A DNA stretch of 64,000 nucleotides from Octopus bimaculoides (Eukaryota): assembly GCF_001194135.2 (NCBI RefSeq), contig NC_068983.1, positions 103,013,169 through 103,077,168 on the forward strand, in the 5' to 3' direction. The notes beneath the pieces are model-generated. The model was not told the origin of the DNA, did no database searches, and worked only from the letters and a program-made list of their open reading frames with translations. Position numbers and translations under genes: made by a program. Below are positions 38,791-51,371 of this stretch, in pieces; the stretch's first letter is position 1; every line of letters begins with the position of its first letter.

Positions 38791-41696
38791 ATATAGACAT
38801 TTGTCCAATGGTTGTGAAGCAAACTTCTGAACCACACAACAATGCCTATGATGATGAAGATGATTTTTGTCTAATACAAGACCCATTTTTGTAAAAGGGA
38901 GATGACTGCTAATTATTTATGTCCTATAGTCTACTTAATTATCAATAAACCTTGGTGGGATTTGAACACTGAAAAGCAAAGCATAAAACTAGTCATTTAC
39001 TGTTTATGTCAATGCATCCACTTTATATTAAAAGAAAAAAAAATACTGACTGAAGTAAAACTTTGAGCATTATCTATCTGAATCAGATAAAAACAGATCT
39101 AGTTTGAGCAAATTGGTATTAGTATGATAATGCAATCCAACTCCCATCTTTATTACTAAGTTCTCTCTTAAATTTGGTACAACTTGGCAAATTATGTTTC
39201 AATTCTATAATTTTTTTTTTCCTTTGACAATATTCAAACAGAGAATTGTATGTAAATTAATTCCTTGCTGACTATTTAACTGGTTTTAAGATAAACCAAT
39301 ACACTAATCTAAAACTTTGGTAGATCTAGTTAAATGCATTCCTAAGACTCAAGTTTACAATCCAAGACTTTATAGTGTTGACTCTTTGATCAAAACTAAT
39401 TGGTTCATTTTCAATTTTTGTTTTTAAGATAAAATCTCAAAAGAGCAAAGTGACCAGAATCAACACACTTTCCAATTCTCAAAGATTTATTACAAGAAGA
39501 AAACAGTTGTAAACAAGTGTAAATGAAGATGAAACCTTCATAAAACCACTAATTTAATTGTTATGCTAATATCAATTTTTACTTTTTTTTATTTTTGTGC
39601 TAGCAAGTGAAAAATCATGTGAAAATCATGAGGGGAAAACAATGTGATGGGAAGTGGATGAAAAATACAGGAACGAGTTAAGAAAAATGACACAAGGTCA
39701 GTATGTTTGGCAAATATTCATTGAATCCCTATGCATCCTATGACTGCAAAAGGATAAGAAGTGCAAAACAGCAGCCTGACTATTCAGTTGAATAAAACTT
39801 TTTGAATATCCATGCTCATGTGCAACTATGAATGTATTTGGATAAATTCTGTACAACATGATAATGGCATTGATGGATAGTATCAATGAACATCCACTCA
39901 ATGACCCAGATGTAACAGAAGCTTGGCTGCTACATTTTGCTTCCAGGCAAAATTGGAAGATCTGGATACCAATGACAAAAAGCAACTCATTTTTATCTAA
40001 GACAGAAATGATGGTCATACAAAAAGTTTTGGTGAAACTCTGGGACTTGACAATGAATTTTAGCAGTACAAGATCTGAGATAATGTCATTAGTTTGTCCT
40101 CAAAAGAAATTGTTAATTTCTGAAAAGGTCAGATTCTTACCACAAAATCGAAACCTAACTAAATCAATTCAAAGTATTCTGAAAGATCACATGAGTCAGT
40201 TTGCTTTTTAAGAATTTGATAAAATTGGAACTAAAGGACAGAAGGCAGAGGATGATATTGATTCAAATGAAACTCATGACATGTAGTCATGAAAACATTG
40301 TATGAAAGTATTAGAAAATGTTGAAATGGGTCGTTTAAAGCTTACTGCATTCATTGAATTCATCTAACAGCTCAAAATAAATTTTTAATTTCAGATCATT
40401 GAAATGTTAAAAATAGAAAGTAAAAATGATCTTGATGGTATCATGGGCAGAAATAAGCATAGATCTGATTATATATGTCACTTTTGCAGATATAAGCATG
40501 CACCATTAAGATGTTGTGCATCTTATATTCAGTTGAGAAAAATTTTGTAGTGAACAATTCAATGCTTTGCAAATTCTGTTTCACAAGGATATGAAGAGTT
40601 GATATTGAAAGATCAAAAAATGATGCTGCTGTGAACACTTGGCTGCCACAAGTCAATTATCCCTGTGGTGACTTTTCTGAAAGGGATTGATGGGCCAAGC
40701 TTTCACTATAAAATTGGCAAAAAAAAAAAAAAAAAAAAAAAAAAAACCACTCAGTGACAAATGTGAAACCCAATAATGTTAATAAAATAAATACAAAATG
40801 ATAATAGCAGCTAGATAACTCTAATATTTCAGAACTTGTGGACAGACTTGAACAAACCAATCTTTAAGGAAATGTGGTACCAAACTAAAGCAATTTGGTG
40901 GAGAATTGATAAGAGAATACAAGTTGAGAGTGTCACTGTCTTTGAATGTGAATAAATCATTCTTTGCTTGATATGAACCTAAGAATTGTCAATAGTTTAA
41001 CATTAACTTGAAAAGTTTAAGCTTGAAGACAACTAGGGAAATTTATAAATGAAGCTCTTCTAGAGGAAGCAAATGGCCTGTCAGAATATATAGAGACTAT
41101 ACCAAGAAGATATGAATTTGTTGAGAAGATCATCATCATCATCATGATATTCACTTTCTATGCTGGCACAATTTGAATGAGTTGTCACAGCTCATGTCTG
41201 TTTTTATTCAGAACTACTGCCTTCCTAAGCATAGTTGGGGAACCACATCTCGCCTGTCCATTTCATTCTTGTACATTTACTATGGTTGGATGTCCATCCT
41301 CACACCACCCACTTAACAGTGTGCACTGGATACATTTTATAATGGCACCAGCACCTAGCAAGGGTGTCATGTACTTGGCAAGACAATACTATATGGCCCT
41401 CCTGATGCTATAATGTCTTGCTCAATTGACAACCATTTAACAAAGTGTACTGGATGAATTTTATCATTGTACCAGCTCAAGATGAGACTAAATGGTGACC
41501 CTGAGCCTACAACATTTCCTCTCATTCACCAATAACTTTACAAAGTGTAGCGTGTGCAATTTAATGTGAGACCAGCACTAGAGAAATTGACACATCCTTA
41601 ACAAGTCTAAAGTGTTCTCTTAAGCTCAGTTGTCAATCTCTTTACAAAGTGTACAGGGTAGGAGGAGACATTGTATTTTCTGATATTCTTTTCTTT

Positions 41697-42093
41697 CTTT
41701 TATTCTTCTACTTATTTCAGCCATTTGACTGTGACCATGCTGGAGCACCACCTTAAAGGGTTTTAGTCGCAGGAACTGACCCCAGGACTTATTCTCTGTA
41801 AGCCTGGTACTTATTATATGTCTCTTTTGCCAAACTGCAAAGTTATGGGGACATAAACACACCAACATCAGTTGTCAAGCAATGGTGGAGGGGACAAACA
41901 CACACACATAAATATATACAAATATCTATATGGTGGGCTTCTTTCAGTTTCTGTCTATCAAAATCCACTCACAGAGTTTTGGTCAGTCCAAAGGTATAAT
42001 AGAAGACACTTACCCAAGGTGCCATGCAGTGGGACTGAACCCGGAACCATGTGGTTGGGAAGCAAGCTTCTTACCATACAGCTACATCTGCAC
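41697..42093 (-). mobile_element. SINE family A nested in the Gypsy remnant
   Basis: cttatttcagccatttgactgtgaccatgctggagcacc ... gggactgaacccggaaccatgtggttgggaagcaagc. Confidence 0.85.
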
Positions 42094-43076
42094 CTGAATT
42101 ATTTTCCTAATGCCAACCACTCTACAAAGTGTACTGGGAGCTTTTTACATGCCACTGGCATTAGTGAGACCGCCATGCATCTCGCAAGACTATGAAACCC
42201 AAAACAGGGGCTTTATACTATGAGATGAGGGGTTAAAAGTATGAGAGAAGTTGGGGTGGCAGAGCAGGTTCTCGTAGAGAAGCTGCATGACCACTCACAT
42301 TTCAAAGAGAAGGTGAGAATGATCAGTAGGAGCTGCAAAGAGATAATGGTAATGAGGTATTCAGATGACTCTTCAAGGTGAGTCGAAGTGAGCGAGGGTA
42401 GAAGTATGGGTGGGTGAGGGTTTTCAAGAGTGTATGGAAGAGCAAGAGATGAGGGAATAGCAGAGGGAAGAGGAAGTAGGCAATAACTACAAGGTCAAAA
42501 GGTGATTATAAAAAGCAATGAATAAGAGGTGGGGAATGATCAATGAAGCACAAGTTGGAGAAGGCAGAGGGATTCTGAAGAGAGGGGGAGTGCAACAGTA
42601 CAGTAACAGTGATATACTGACAGGGGGAGGACAAGAGAGAGATGACATGTGGTTGTGGTCCGGTAGGCAGTTGGAATAGAGAAGGGGAGGGGGCTTCTTT
42701 CAGTTTCTCTTTACTAAATCCACTCACAAAACTTAAGATATAAAACTACAAAATAATAAAAAGCAGTTAATTTCTATGAAAAATTTAATGATCATTATTA
42801 AAAGCCCACAATACCTCTTGCAGCACTTCATAAACTTGATGCTTCATTTTTCTTGAAAGATAAAACAGAAAGTTTTCAGGTATCTAAAACCCAGTGAGAT
42901 TCAGTGAGACCATTGTTGTCATTATTTTTAATGTCCACTCCTATACACTCACAGATTTTCTATAGCTGGATGTCCTTCTTGTCTCCAGTCCTCTCCATGT
43001 CCACAGATGCTTTCACAAAAAACTGGAAAAGGACACTGCCTCTATGATGGTGATATTCTTTAAAGACAATCACCAA

Positions 43077-43480
43077 CATACATATATATACATATGATGG
43101 GTTTCTTTCAGTTTCTGTCTATTGAATCCACTCACAAGACTTTGGTCAGCTTGGGGCTATAGTAGAAGACACTTGCCAAGTTGTTTGGTACTTATTCCAC
43201 CAGTCTCTTTTGCTGAAGTGCTATGTTACATGGATGTAAACACACCAACACTAGTTGTGAAGTAATAGTGAGGGACAGACACAGACACAAAGACATACAC
43301 ATACACATATATATATGACAGGCGTCTTTCAGTTTCCCTCTACCAAGTCTACTCGTAAGGCTTTGGTCAGCCCGAGGCTATAGTAGAAGATACATGTCCA
43401 AGGTGCCATGCAGTAGGTGTGAATGTGGAACCATGTGGTTAGGAAGCAACCTTCTTACCACACAGCCACACCTGTGCCTA
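43077..43480 (-). mobile_element. Two abutting SINE family A pieces nested in the Gypsy remnant
   Basis: Body segments ctttcagtttc...atccactcacaag occur at ~43105 and ~43325; head ends cacagccacacctgtgcc. Confidence 0.8.
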
Positions 43481-43904
43481 AAACATTTCCGCTTTCGAGC
43501 TCAGGATTATTTTCACAAAATGGTCATTTTGTATTATATTGTTCAAAAGTATTAACCACAGCTGAAGCCAGATACTTAAATACTGAAAAGGAAGCTTTGA
43601 CAATTGTATGATGTACTTGAGAAGCATGGTTTTTTTTTTTTCTTCTTCTGATTGACAAAAATTTAAATTAGTCTCATATCATAGGCGATATCTTTGGCAA
43701 AAAATGTGGTTTACTAAAAATAACATCAGCTCGTTTTTTTTTCAAACAGGAATTATAAATAATGGCATTCGAAGTATGAAATATGTAAAGGGATGTCAAA
43801 TATCACATATTGATGTATTGTTACAATTGAACTTTTTTAATGTTGGTTTGAAAGAACTATGATTCTGCTGATGAAGATTCTTTCATTCAGCTTGTTGAAA
43901 CATT

Positions 43905-44085
43905 GATCATCATCATCATCATTTAACATCTGCTTTACATGCTGGCATAGATTGGATGGATTGACCAGAGCTGGCAAGCAGGAAAGCTGCACCAGGTTCC
44001 AGTCTGATTTGACTGGGTTTCTATGGCTGGATGCCCTTCCTAACACCAACCACTTTACATTTTTATATGGCACCAGCACAGGTGC
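43905..44085 (-). mobile_element. RTE-type short element, family B
   Basis: catcatcatcatttaacatctgc...ggatgcccttcctaacaccaacc, the reverse complement of the 28190-28345 tail. Confidence 0.75.
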
Positions 44086-44604
44086 CCTTATGTGGTGCCA
44101 GTATGGGTATTTTCTATGTCACACTGACACAGGGCCCTCACAAGCCAATCCTCTTTAGCAGGAGGAGTAGCACTAGCAATTCTGCTGTGGATGATGGGTT
44201 TTCTTGGACATAGCAAGACACTAGGTATTTTAATCTAGTGAATTAAAAGTTTTTTTTTTAAATAATTGGAGTTATTGTTCTGTGGTTGAAAAGCTATTCA
44301 AATCATTGAAAATTAAGTTAACGGTTGAAGATGGTAAAGGGAATTGTTCCACCAACTAGTTTGATAACCTTAATTATGCTGTGTATGGTGGCATACATTG
44401 TCTCCATTGCAATAAGGAACTGCTTGAAATTAGAAGTATGGCAGTCTGATGAGAGTTATATGAGGAGCAATATGTAAAAAGATGTCCAACATGTGCTAGA
44501 CTAAAACTGGAATAACCTCACAGAATGCACATGTGGCCTAAAGAAATTAAGTATAGATATATATGCATATGGATAACACTTATGTAAACAATTATGGAAT
44601 TATG

Positions 44605-44802
44605 AAATTTTGGCACAAGGTCAGCAATTGCAGGGGACAGGGTAAGTCAATTACATCAAACCTAGTGTTTAACTGCTACTTACTTTATCAATCTTAAAAG
44701 GATGAAAAGCACCTTGGTGGAATTTGAACTCAGAGTGTAGCCAGACAAAATGCCACTAAGCATTTTGCCAAGTGTCCTAAGGATTCTGCTAATTCACTGC
44801 CT
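44605..44802 (-). mobile_element. SINE family C
   Basis: aaattttggcacaagg...ggatgaaaagc...ggaatttgaactcagag. Confidence 0.75.
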
Positions 44803-45989
44803 TTGAAATAAGGGTTAATAATGAAAAGCAGAAACAGATATTAAGTGTGTTTCCCAGAAACATTAGTGTCGAGGAACGTGTGATTTCAGGATAATGAACT
44901 AGGTATAAGGCATAAGATCAGATGTAAAACTATGAAACATCTTCATAGCATCCAGGATCAAATGAGATTGCCAAAAGAAAGACTGTGTTAAGTGCATTTT
45001 TAATATTCACCATGTAAAGGTTATATGAAATGCATACTGGAGTCACATACTTTTCAATTACAGAACACTCCCTCATTCAAAAATTCTTCTTAGTGTATCT
45101 ACTTTGATGGTCAGACAAATACAATCACCAATAGCAATGTATTATGAAACTGTAACTTCAGTTTGGTATTGAAGTAAAAGAAATGATAATCATAACAAGC
45201 TAAATTTATATTTCAAGTAGGAAACAGTATAGAGGTGATTCTCAAGTGCAAACGGTATGATATTATTGCAATTCAAATAAACAATAACACAAATATTGAC
45301 AGTCAACAAAATGTAGAATCATTTCCTTAAACTTTGAATGATTTTCCAGGCCATTAATGAAGATTGTGATTTGAACAACTGATAAAAGAACAAACATAAC
45401 AAATGATGTTACACTGTTCTTGAATAGCAAAGGGAATTAAATCAGTTCAGTCTGGGTAGTGTTGTGTCATCGTTACACTAATATTACTGCAGGCTTTTGA
45501 CATTCTTGAATGTAACTGGGTCCGAAATGAATAAAACTTCTGAATGTAAAGAATCATGTGCACTATGACTGCATTTAGATAAACTTTGTATGACTAGAAT
45601 GACAACATTTGTGAATACTAGGCTCATGAGCTTGTTGAAAATTCAATCTCCTGCATATGTTAAATTGAGGTCTTTTGAAACTCACTCAACTTTGGCTCAA
45701 TTTACTCAACTAGGAAATAAGTAGTCCAAGAAATCTAAACTATTATAGAAGAGCATATTAGGGAAGATTTACTTCAACCAACATAATCATAAGAAAATTA
45801 GAAATTAATCCTACTCTTAAGAATCATTGTAGCTAAAGACAGGAAAGTGATCTCCAGTTTTGTCACTTCCTTGATCAGCTGTATTCAGAACAGTGGCCAA
45901 AATACAATATCTATGGAAACATTCTAATCAAAATGGAATATCTTTGGAAACTTTAAACGTTTCAGTAGGTAAATAATAATCATTGTTAA

Positions 45990-46196
45990 ATAGAGGCACA
46001 AGGCTTGAAACATAGAGGAAGGGGGGCTAGTTGATAGCATCAACCCCAGTACTTGACCGGTACATATTTCATTGACCCTGAAAGAATAAAAGACAAAGTC
46101 AATCTCAGCAGAATTTGAACTCAGAACATAAAGATGGACAAAATACTGCTGAGCATTTTCTTTGGTGTACTAATGATTCTGCTAGTTCACCACCTT
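45990..46196 (-). mobile_element. SINE family C
   Basis: ggcacaaggcttgaaa...attgaccctgaaagaataaaagacaaagtcaatctcagcagaatttgaactcagaac. Confidence 0.75.
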
Positions 46197-46197
46197 T

Positions 46198-46900
46198 ATA
46201 ATAATAATAATAATAATAAAGCACTTATATGGTACCATAAATCTTTGAAAACAAGAAAATGTTTATAGGTGTCCTTATCATCTATTCATATACACACATA
46301 TAAACATAAAACTTTGGAAAATGGTTCACTACTGGTGTTTCCTAAAAACATGTTTTCAAATTTGTTCTGAAAGCCAACACAAATAACTGGTGCAATTCAT
46401 ACAGACAGAAGAAATTCAGTTCAGATAGCTGAAACCAACTTAAAGAAAACCTGATCACCTCAGTACATTATTTTAGTGCCTGGTATAATGAGTAATTCAA
46501 TTCCACTTGATCTTAGATACACAGTTTACTCTATCCTCTGAAGCAGTTCACTTATGTATTGAGGAGCAAGCTCATGTGCAGCTTTGACTGTCAGCAAATT
46601 GAGCCATTACATTTATAGAGCTCTCATGAACTTGGAGATATGGTCGAATTTCTTTCTCTTCACACTTATTCTAACTACAGTATTTTGAATGAGTTGTAAT
46701 CATCTGATCTGAAGTGCATTTCCATTGCTCAGCCATGATGAAACATAAACATGCTCTGCTGTTTCAGTCATCTTCTGATTCAAGTATTTCCCAATCACAC
46801 CAATATTTTTCAGGCACACATTTACTGACCAACACACCATGTTGATATACTTGACCTCCTCATGTCAGTATCACCATCTCTAACCTACCATTTTACTGGG
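46198..46900 (-). mobile_element. L2-clade LINE 3' end with (TAT)n tail
   Basis: Minus strand reads LQLIQNTVVRISVKRKKFDHISK...KAAHELAPQYISELL...YLRSS..LLIIP, matching the L2/CR1 C-terminal pattern, and ends ccatataagtgctttattattattatt. Multiple stops. Confidence 0.75.
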
Positions 46901-49199
46901 ATTATTAAACAACAATAATACTGTATATGGTAGAGTAATGATAGTATCAGCACAGTTAGGTTAGAATTTGTTTTTACTTCTATGTGAAGCAATCTACTGA
47001 TGCTGCTTTGTCCAAGATATTTATTAGTCTTAAGTTTATGCTTTCCCTAATTATTTCATGTAAATTGAAATGTCACAGAGATTCAACAATTTATGTCAAG
47101 CAACACAGGTGAAACAATTTGTACATAAAAAAGAAATTAAAGATAAACATAATAGCAACCAGACTATTTCTGAATGAAGAGTATAATATAATAGCTATAG
47201 TATTACAGTTTCGTACAAGTATTTAGGCAAAAATTTCCCTTAACAAGATAAATGTGGGCTAGTTAACTACAAGCAACACCTGTCAGTTTGAATGTATAAA
47301 ACAAGAAAAACAATTAAAAATTATGATACCTCTTACCAATAGATAGTAAAGGAATGTAATGGTCAAAATCTTTTAAGCATTTGTTTAATTTTGACAAAAG
47401 TCAAGAATTGATTGAAGATGTAAAAGAAGGGAAAAAAACAGCCCAAAATGTTTTCCTTTTTAAAATGAAATTATCAATGTTTATGAATAAATGATAAATA
47501 CTAATGTTTATAACATACTATTATTACTGATAGGCAGAGATTGAAAGACAGAAGTATAGCAAGTTAATTAAAATCATACAAACAATTTAATAATATTAAT
47601 TACCAGGAACTTGGAAGCGATTTGCTGCAGCTAGAGTCAAACTAATATTTGAATAAAAAATCAACTTTAAAAGGATTGCTGGTAGGTTTTTCTTCTTCTA
47701 CTGACATAGTGCTGAGGGAGATAGTGAAAAGACAGAAATTTCCATATGTTGATAACACTTTCAACAGCTGAATTTAATTCTGATGTTCGAAACTCTCGTC
47801 ATTATGGCGAAAATAGTGAAAGGATCCAGCGGAAAAGATACTGGACAGTCAGTCCACGTATCATGGGATCAAATCTATTGCAAGCATTTGATTATTTCTA
47901 TATAACTTCATTTCATATTCACTCAGTTCACAAAACTGAAGAAACTAGATGATAGGCTGTTCTGGGAAAATTAACTTTGATAAACTAAGATGATTAGATA
48001 ACTGAATTAACAAGGAAGAATTCATCCACCTTTCATTTGCTCAACACACTGAAGTTGTTGAGTCCCGGTCACAGTGGATCCTTGTCGGTGTTGACAGGAT
48101 TGTTTTTATTAATGAAATGTTTGTATTATTGGAATAGCCAGATGTAAAAATTGAGTTTGTTTCTTTTTGAAGAACTTTCTTGTGTTAGACATTATATCGT
48201 AAATAATGACACAATACTTGAAGTTATGGAGAGTGGTACTCAGTACAAGTTGTAAAACAACAGTGTAGTAGTTATTAACACTGAAAACTAATTGCTTTCA
48301 AAACCTTAATAGTTCTAATTAAAAACAAAAAAAAAATAAAGATGCAGAACTCCCACAACTCAAGCTATATAAGTGGAAACGAAAGAAACACTGAAAGTTT
48401 ATATAAAACCCAAAATAAATGTTTATTCATAGGAGTAATTAATAAACAATTTGTTGCACAGTGCTTTATCTAAAATATTAAATCAAAGTCCCAATTACAT
48501 GGGCGTCGGTGGGTTGATTAGGACCCAACTCAGACTCATCATTGCTGTTTAATAAAAGATCAAGTTTAAAAAAAACAATCAATCAAAGGAAATCATATTT
48601 ACTAGACTTCGATCTCGGGGAGGGACAGATGTGTCAGAGTTTCAAGTGCGACGTAGTCAATACATTCGAATATACGTTTTGCATGGCTTACTTAGACTAA
48701 AAAATTTTAGCCAAAACATTTGACTGGTGGTAAGGTTGTTGGTTTTGAGAGTATAAATGGGCAATGATAACAAAATAGGTGGCGCCCGACAAGAATGTTG
48801 TTGCTACTCTAAACAACAAGAGTTATAACCGTCATTGCAAGTACATACTTCCCAACAACAGATGGTTACAAGAGCCAACAGTTTCAACTCTGTTTGAAAT
48901 CATCCAAAATCACATGAAAACTTAGTATTTACTCCAGAAATAAATCTACTGAGAAATAAAAAAATGTATTAAAGAAGAAAAATGAAGCAAGATGAAGAGA
49001 CTGTAAATGTGTGAAGGGGGAGTAGAAACGATAACAAAAAACAAAAAAAAATGTAAAATCAATATCATATTTCAAAATTACTTTTTATCGATAGAAAAAC
49101 TGAATACGCATGATGAATATGAACAGTTATTCAACAGTTGCAGTATATTTGGCGAGTGCATTATTGTATAAAAAGGGGATAAAGAAAGTGAAGGAACTT

Positions 49200-49960
49200 A
49201 CCATCAATTCAATGCCATAACCATGTACGATTGGCGGCCATTACATTTTGTCTGCTATGACAGAAGAAGTCTACTGTCAAGGGCAAATAACTATGGTCCG
49301 AAGTTTTCATAACTCGCAGTGACCAGACTTTATTTTCCAAGTTATATTAACTAATATGTATTGAAATAAAGTCGTCAAATTCACATTTAACAACAAAGTA
49401 CAATTCCACAAACATATGTGTATTTTCTAGACTGAACCTTTTACATATTTGTTTAGATTATTGATGAAATTATTTGACAATGCAAAATATACACAATTTC
49501 TAAAATAAAAAGGGGGGGGGCGAATGATAATATTGATGTGCTATTTGATGACGCAGTTTAAAATTTGTAATGAATTAAAAAGTGATTTTGAAAAGATGGT
49601 TTGAAATTAACAGCATTTTAAACTTTGTCAAGTCTCCGTCAGACCTTGTTTAAAAAAGAAAACAGAATGCTTTTGAATTAGGAAAAGACATTAAGCTTTT
49701 AATTTATTTACATATATTTTCATGAGTTACTTAAAAGTGGTTATATATTAATATCCTTATCCCATTATTGGTGTCATTAAAAATTACAGCAGTTACTCTA
49801 CCCAGACAAACAGCCACAAAGGTTTGCTCGCCCGGTTACTACGAGGAGCAGATAACTCCGATCAGTCTTTTCAAGTATTAAAGAGTAAACCAAGGGAGAT
49901 TATTTCACCTAGCTGTCTGAAATGACGTGTACGTTTAAACTACAAATGGATTACTAAATG
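49200..49960. promoter_or_regulatory. Candidate bidirectional promoter / 5' leader region between RALGAPB and STX5
   Basis: CpG retention. Inverted CCAAT (ATTGG 49230-49234) overlapping a YY1-like GGCGGCCATT (49233-49242). CRE-like TGACGT (49923-49928). Consensus minus-strand donor GATG|GTAAGT at 49201. Lies between divergent genes. No transcript data. Confidence 0.45.
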
Positions 49961-50453
49961 CGACTTGTTATGACAGATTTATAACTTACTTTATAAATAT
50001 TTATTCTTTTCAGTTCGTTAATTTTTTCTTTGTTGTTTCCAACTTCACATATATGACTGCTGTTCTAACATTTTATAACATAAGTTGAATTACCAATCTT
50101 TACATTTGGAGCTGATAACTGTTTGAAACAAACAGAAGTGGTAAAATAAAGCAAAGACTGTCAGGATACGAAAGTCATTTCAACATTATCCCTGTATACT
50201 GCTCTACATATGTTACATAGAAGATGTGTCAAAATCAAATGATAAAAATATTCGGATTATATTCATACTTCTAACCGCGTCTTGGGAACTGTGGTAGAGC
50301 GATATTCCTATTTTTGCTTGGACCCTCTTTATTCACTCAAATACAAGGATACAGGTTTGTTTCCTTAAAATTTTCTCAAAACATATTCTATCAACCAAAT
50401 TGTTTTATATATTTCTCTATTTCTCTTTTACTGCCAATAATAACTTTCTAAGT

Positions 50454-51371
50454 ATGACGTGTCGGGATCGAACTAATGAATTTCTGTCGGCAGTTGAATC
50501 AATACAGTCGCGACAAAACAACACAGTTGTCACATCACGATCTCCAGTTACCAAAAGTAAGCTACAACGAACTGAGTTTACTGTTAAGGCGAAGCATATC
50601 GGCCGAGATTTAGCTAATACTTTCGCCAAACTTGAAAAGCTTACTTTATTAGCCAAACGGAAATCTTTGTTTGATGACAAACCCACAGAAATTCAAGATC
50701 TTACGTTTATTATAAAACAAGATATCACTTCTTTAAACAAACAGATTGGTGAGTTGCAGGAAATAGCACGAGCCCAAAAATATCATAATGGTCGTCACCA
50801 ACAAACGCATTCTTCTTCGGTGGTGGTCGCTCTGCAGTCAAGATTGGCCACAATGTCTAACGAATTCAAAACAGTCCTAGAAGTACGTACGGAAAACTTA
50901 AAGCAACAGAAAACACGCCGTGAGCAGTTCTCTCAATCAGCTGTTTTCCCACTTACGACCATGTCTGGGGAGGGTTCGGTGTTATTAAACGAAGATGAAG
51001 CCGATCGGACAAAACCAAACGACTTGTCAATTGATATGAATTTTTCACAACGGCAACATCAAGACCAAATTCAACTAATTGATGAACAAGATGCTTACGT
51101 TCAAAACCGGGCAGAAACAATGCAAAATATTGAATCTACCATTGTGGAATTAGGCACTGTTTTCCAAAGACTTGCTACAATGGTAAAAGAACAAGAAGAA
51201 ATGGTAAATAGGATCGACTCAAACGTTGACAATGCTGAGCTTAATATAGAAATGGCTCACGGCGAGATATTGAAATACTTTCAATCTGTTTCTTCAAATA
51301 GATGGCTCATGCTCAAAATTTTCTGTGTTCTTATAGTATTTTTCATTATATTTGTTGTATTTATGGCCTGA
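50454..51371 (+). CDS. STX5: Syntaxin-5 (short isoform), single uninterrupted CDS, 305 aa
   Basis: Starts MTCRDRTNEF (Sly1-binding RDRTxEF). Habc segment TFAKLEKLTLLAKRKSLFDD, SNARE motif RAETMQNIESTIVELG...RIDSNV, and C-terminal TM LMLKIFCVLIVFFIIFVVFMA all match human STX5. The ORF-track start at 50400 is a TTG artefact. Confidence 0.98.
   Translation: MTCRDRTNEFLSAVESIQSRQNNTVVTSRSPVTKSKLQRTEFTVKAKHIGRDLANTFAKLEKLTLLAKRKSLFDDKPTEIQDLTFIIKQDITSLNKQIGELQEIARAQKYHNGRHQQTHSSSVVVALQSRLATMSNEFKTVLEVRTENLKQQKTRREQFSQSAVFPLTTMSGEGSVLLNEDEADRTKPNDLSIDMNFSQRQHQDQIQLIDEQDAYVQNRAETMQNIESTIVELGTVFQRLATMVKEQEEMVNRIDSNVDNAELNIEMAHGEILKYFQSVSSNRWLMLKIFCVLIVFFIIFVVFMA

Larger units (their letters stand above)
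39690..45150 (+). mobile_element. Heavily decayed Ty3/Gypsy LTR retrotransposon (gag-PR-[RT]-RNase H-IN) interrupted by SINEs
   Basis: Ordered remnants: gag knuckle CHFCRYKHAPLRC (40476-40514); protease-region LWTDLNKPIFK..TKLKQFGG (~40840); AVNFYEKF (~42765); RNase H YCSKVLTTAEARYLNTEKEALTIV (43535-43610); LTVEDG (~44320); integrase EQYVKRCPTCA (44465-44497), HPGSNEIAKR (44949-44978) and YRTLPHS (45059-45079). LTRs not identified. Confidence 0.75.

Noticed and set aside
39858-40211. 117-aa ORF as a host gene
   Set aside because: Lies in the frameshifted gag region of the Gypsy remnant; no splice or homology support.
48780-48789. TGGCGCCCGA resembling a tRNA-Lys primer-binding site
   Set aside because: Only 10 nt match, with no adjacent LTR end (CA) or gag; expected by chance in a CpG-rich zone.
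50400-50453. N-terminal extension MFYIFLYFSF... of the syntaxin ORF as the long isoform
   Set aside because: Starts at TTG, consists of a pyrimidine tract, and lacks the basic ER-retrieval motif of long STX5.
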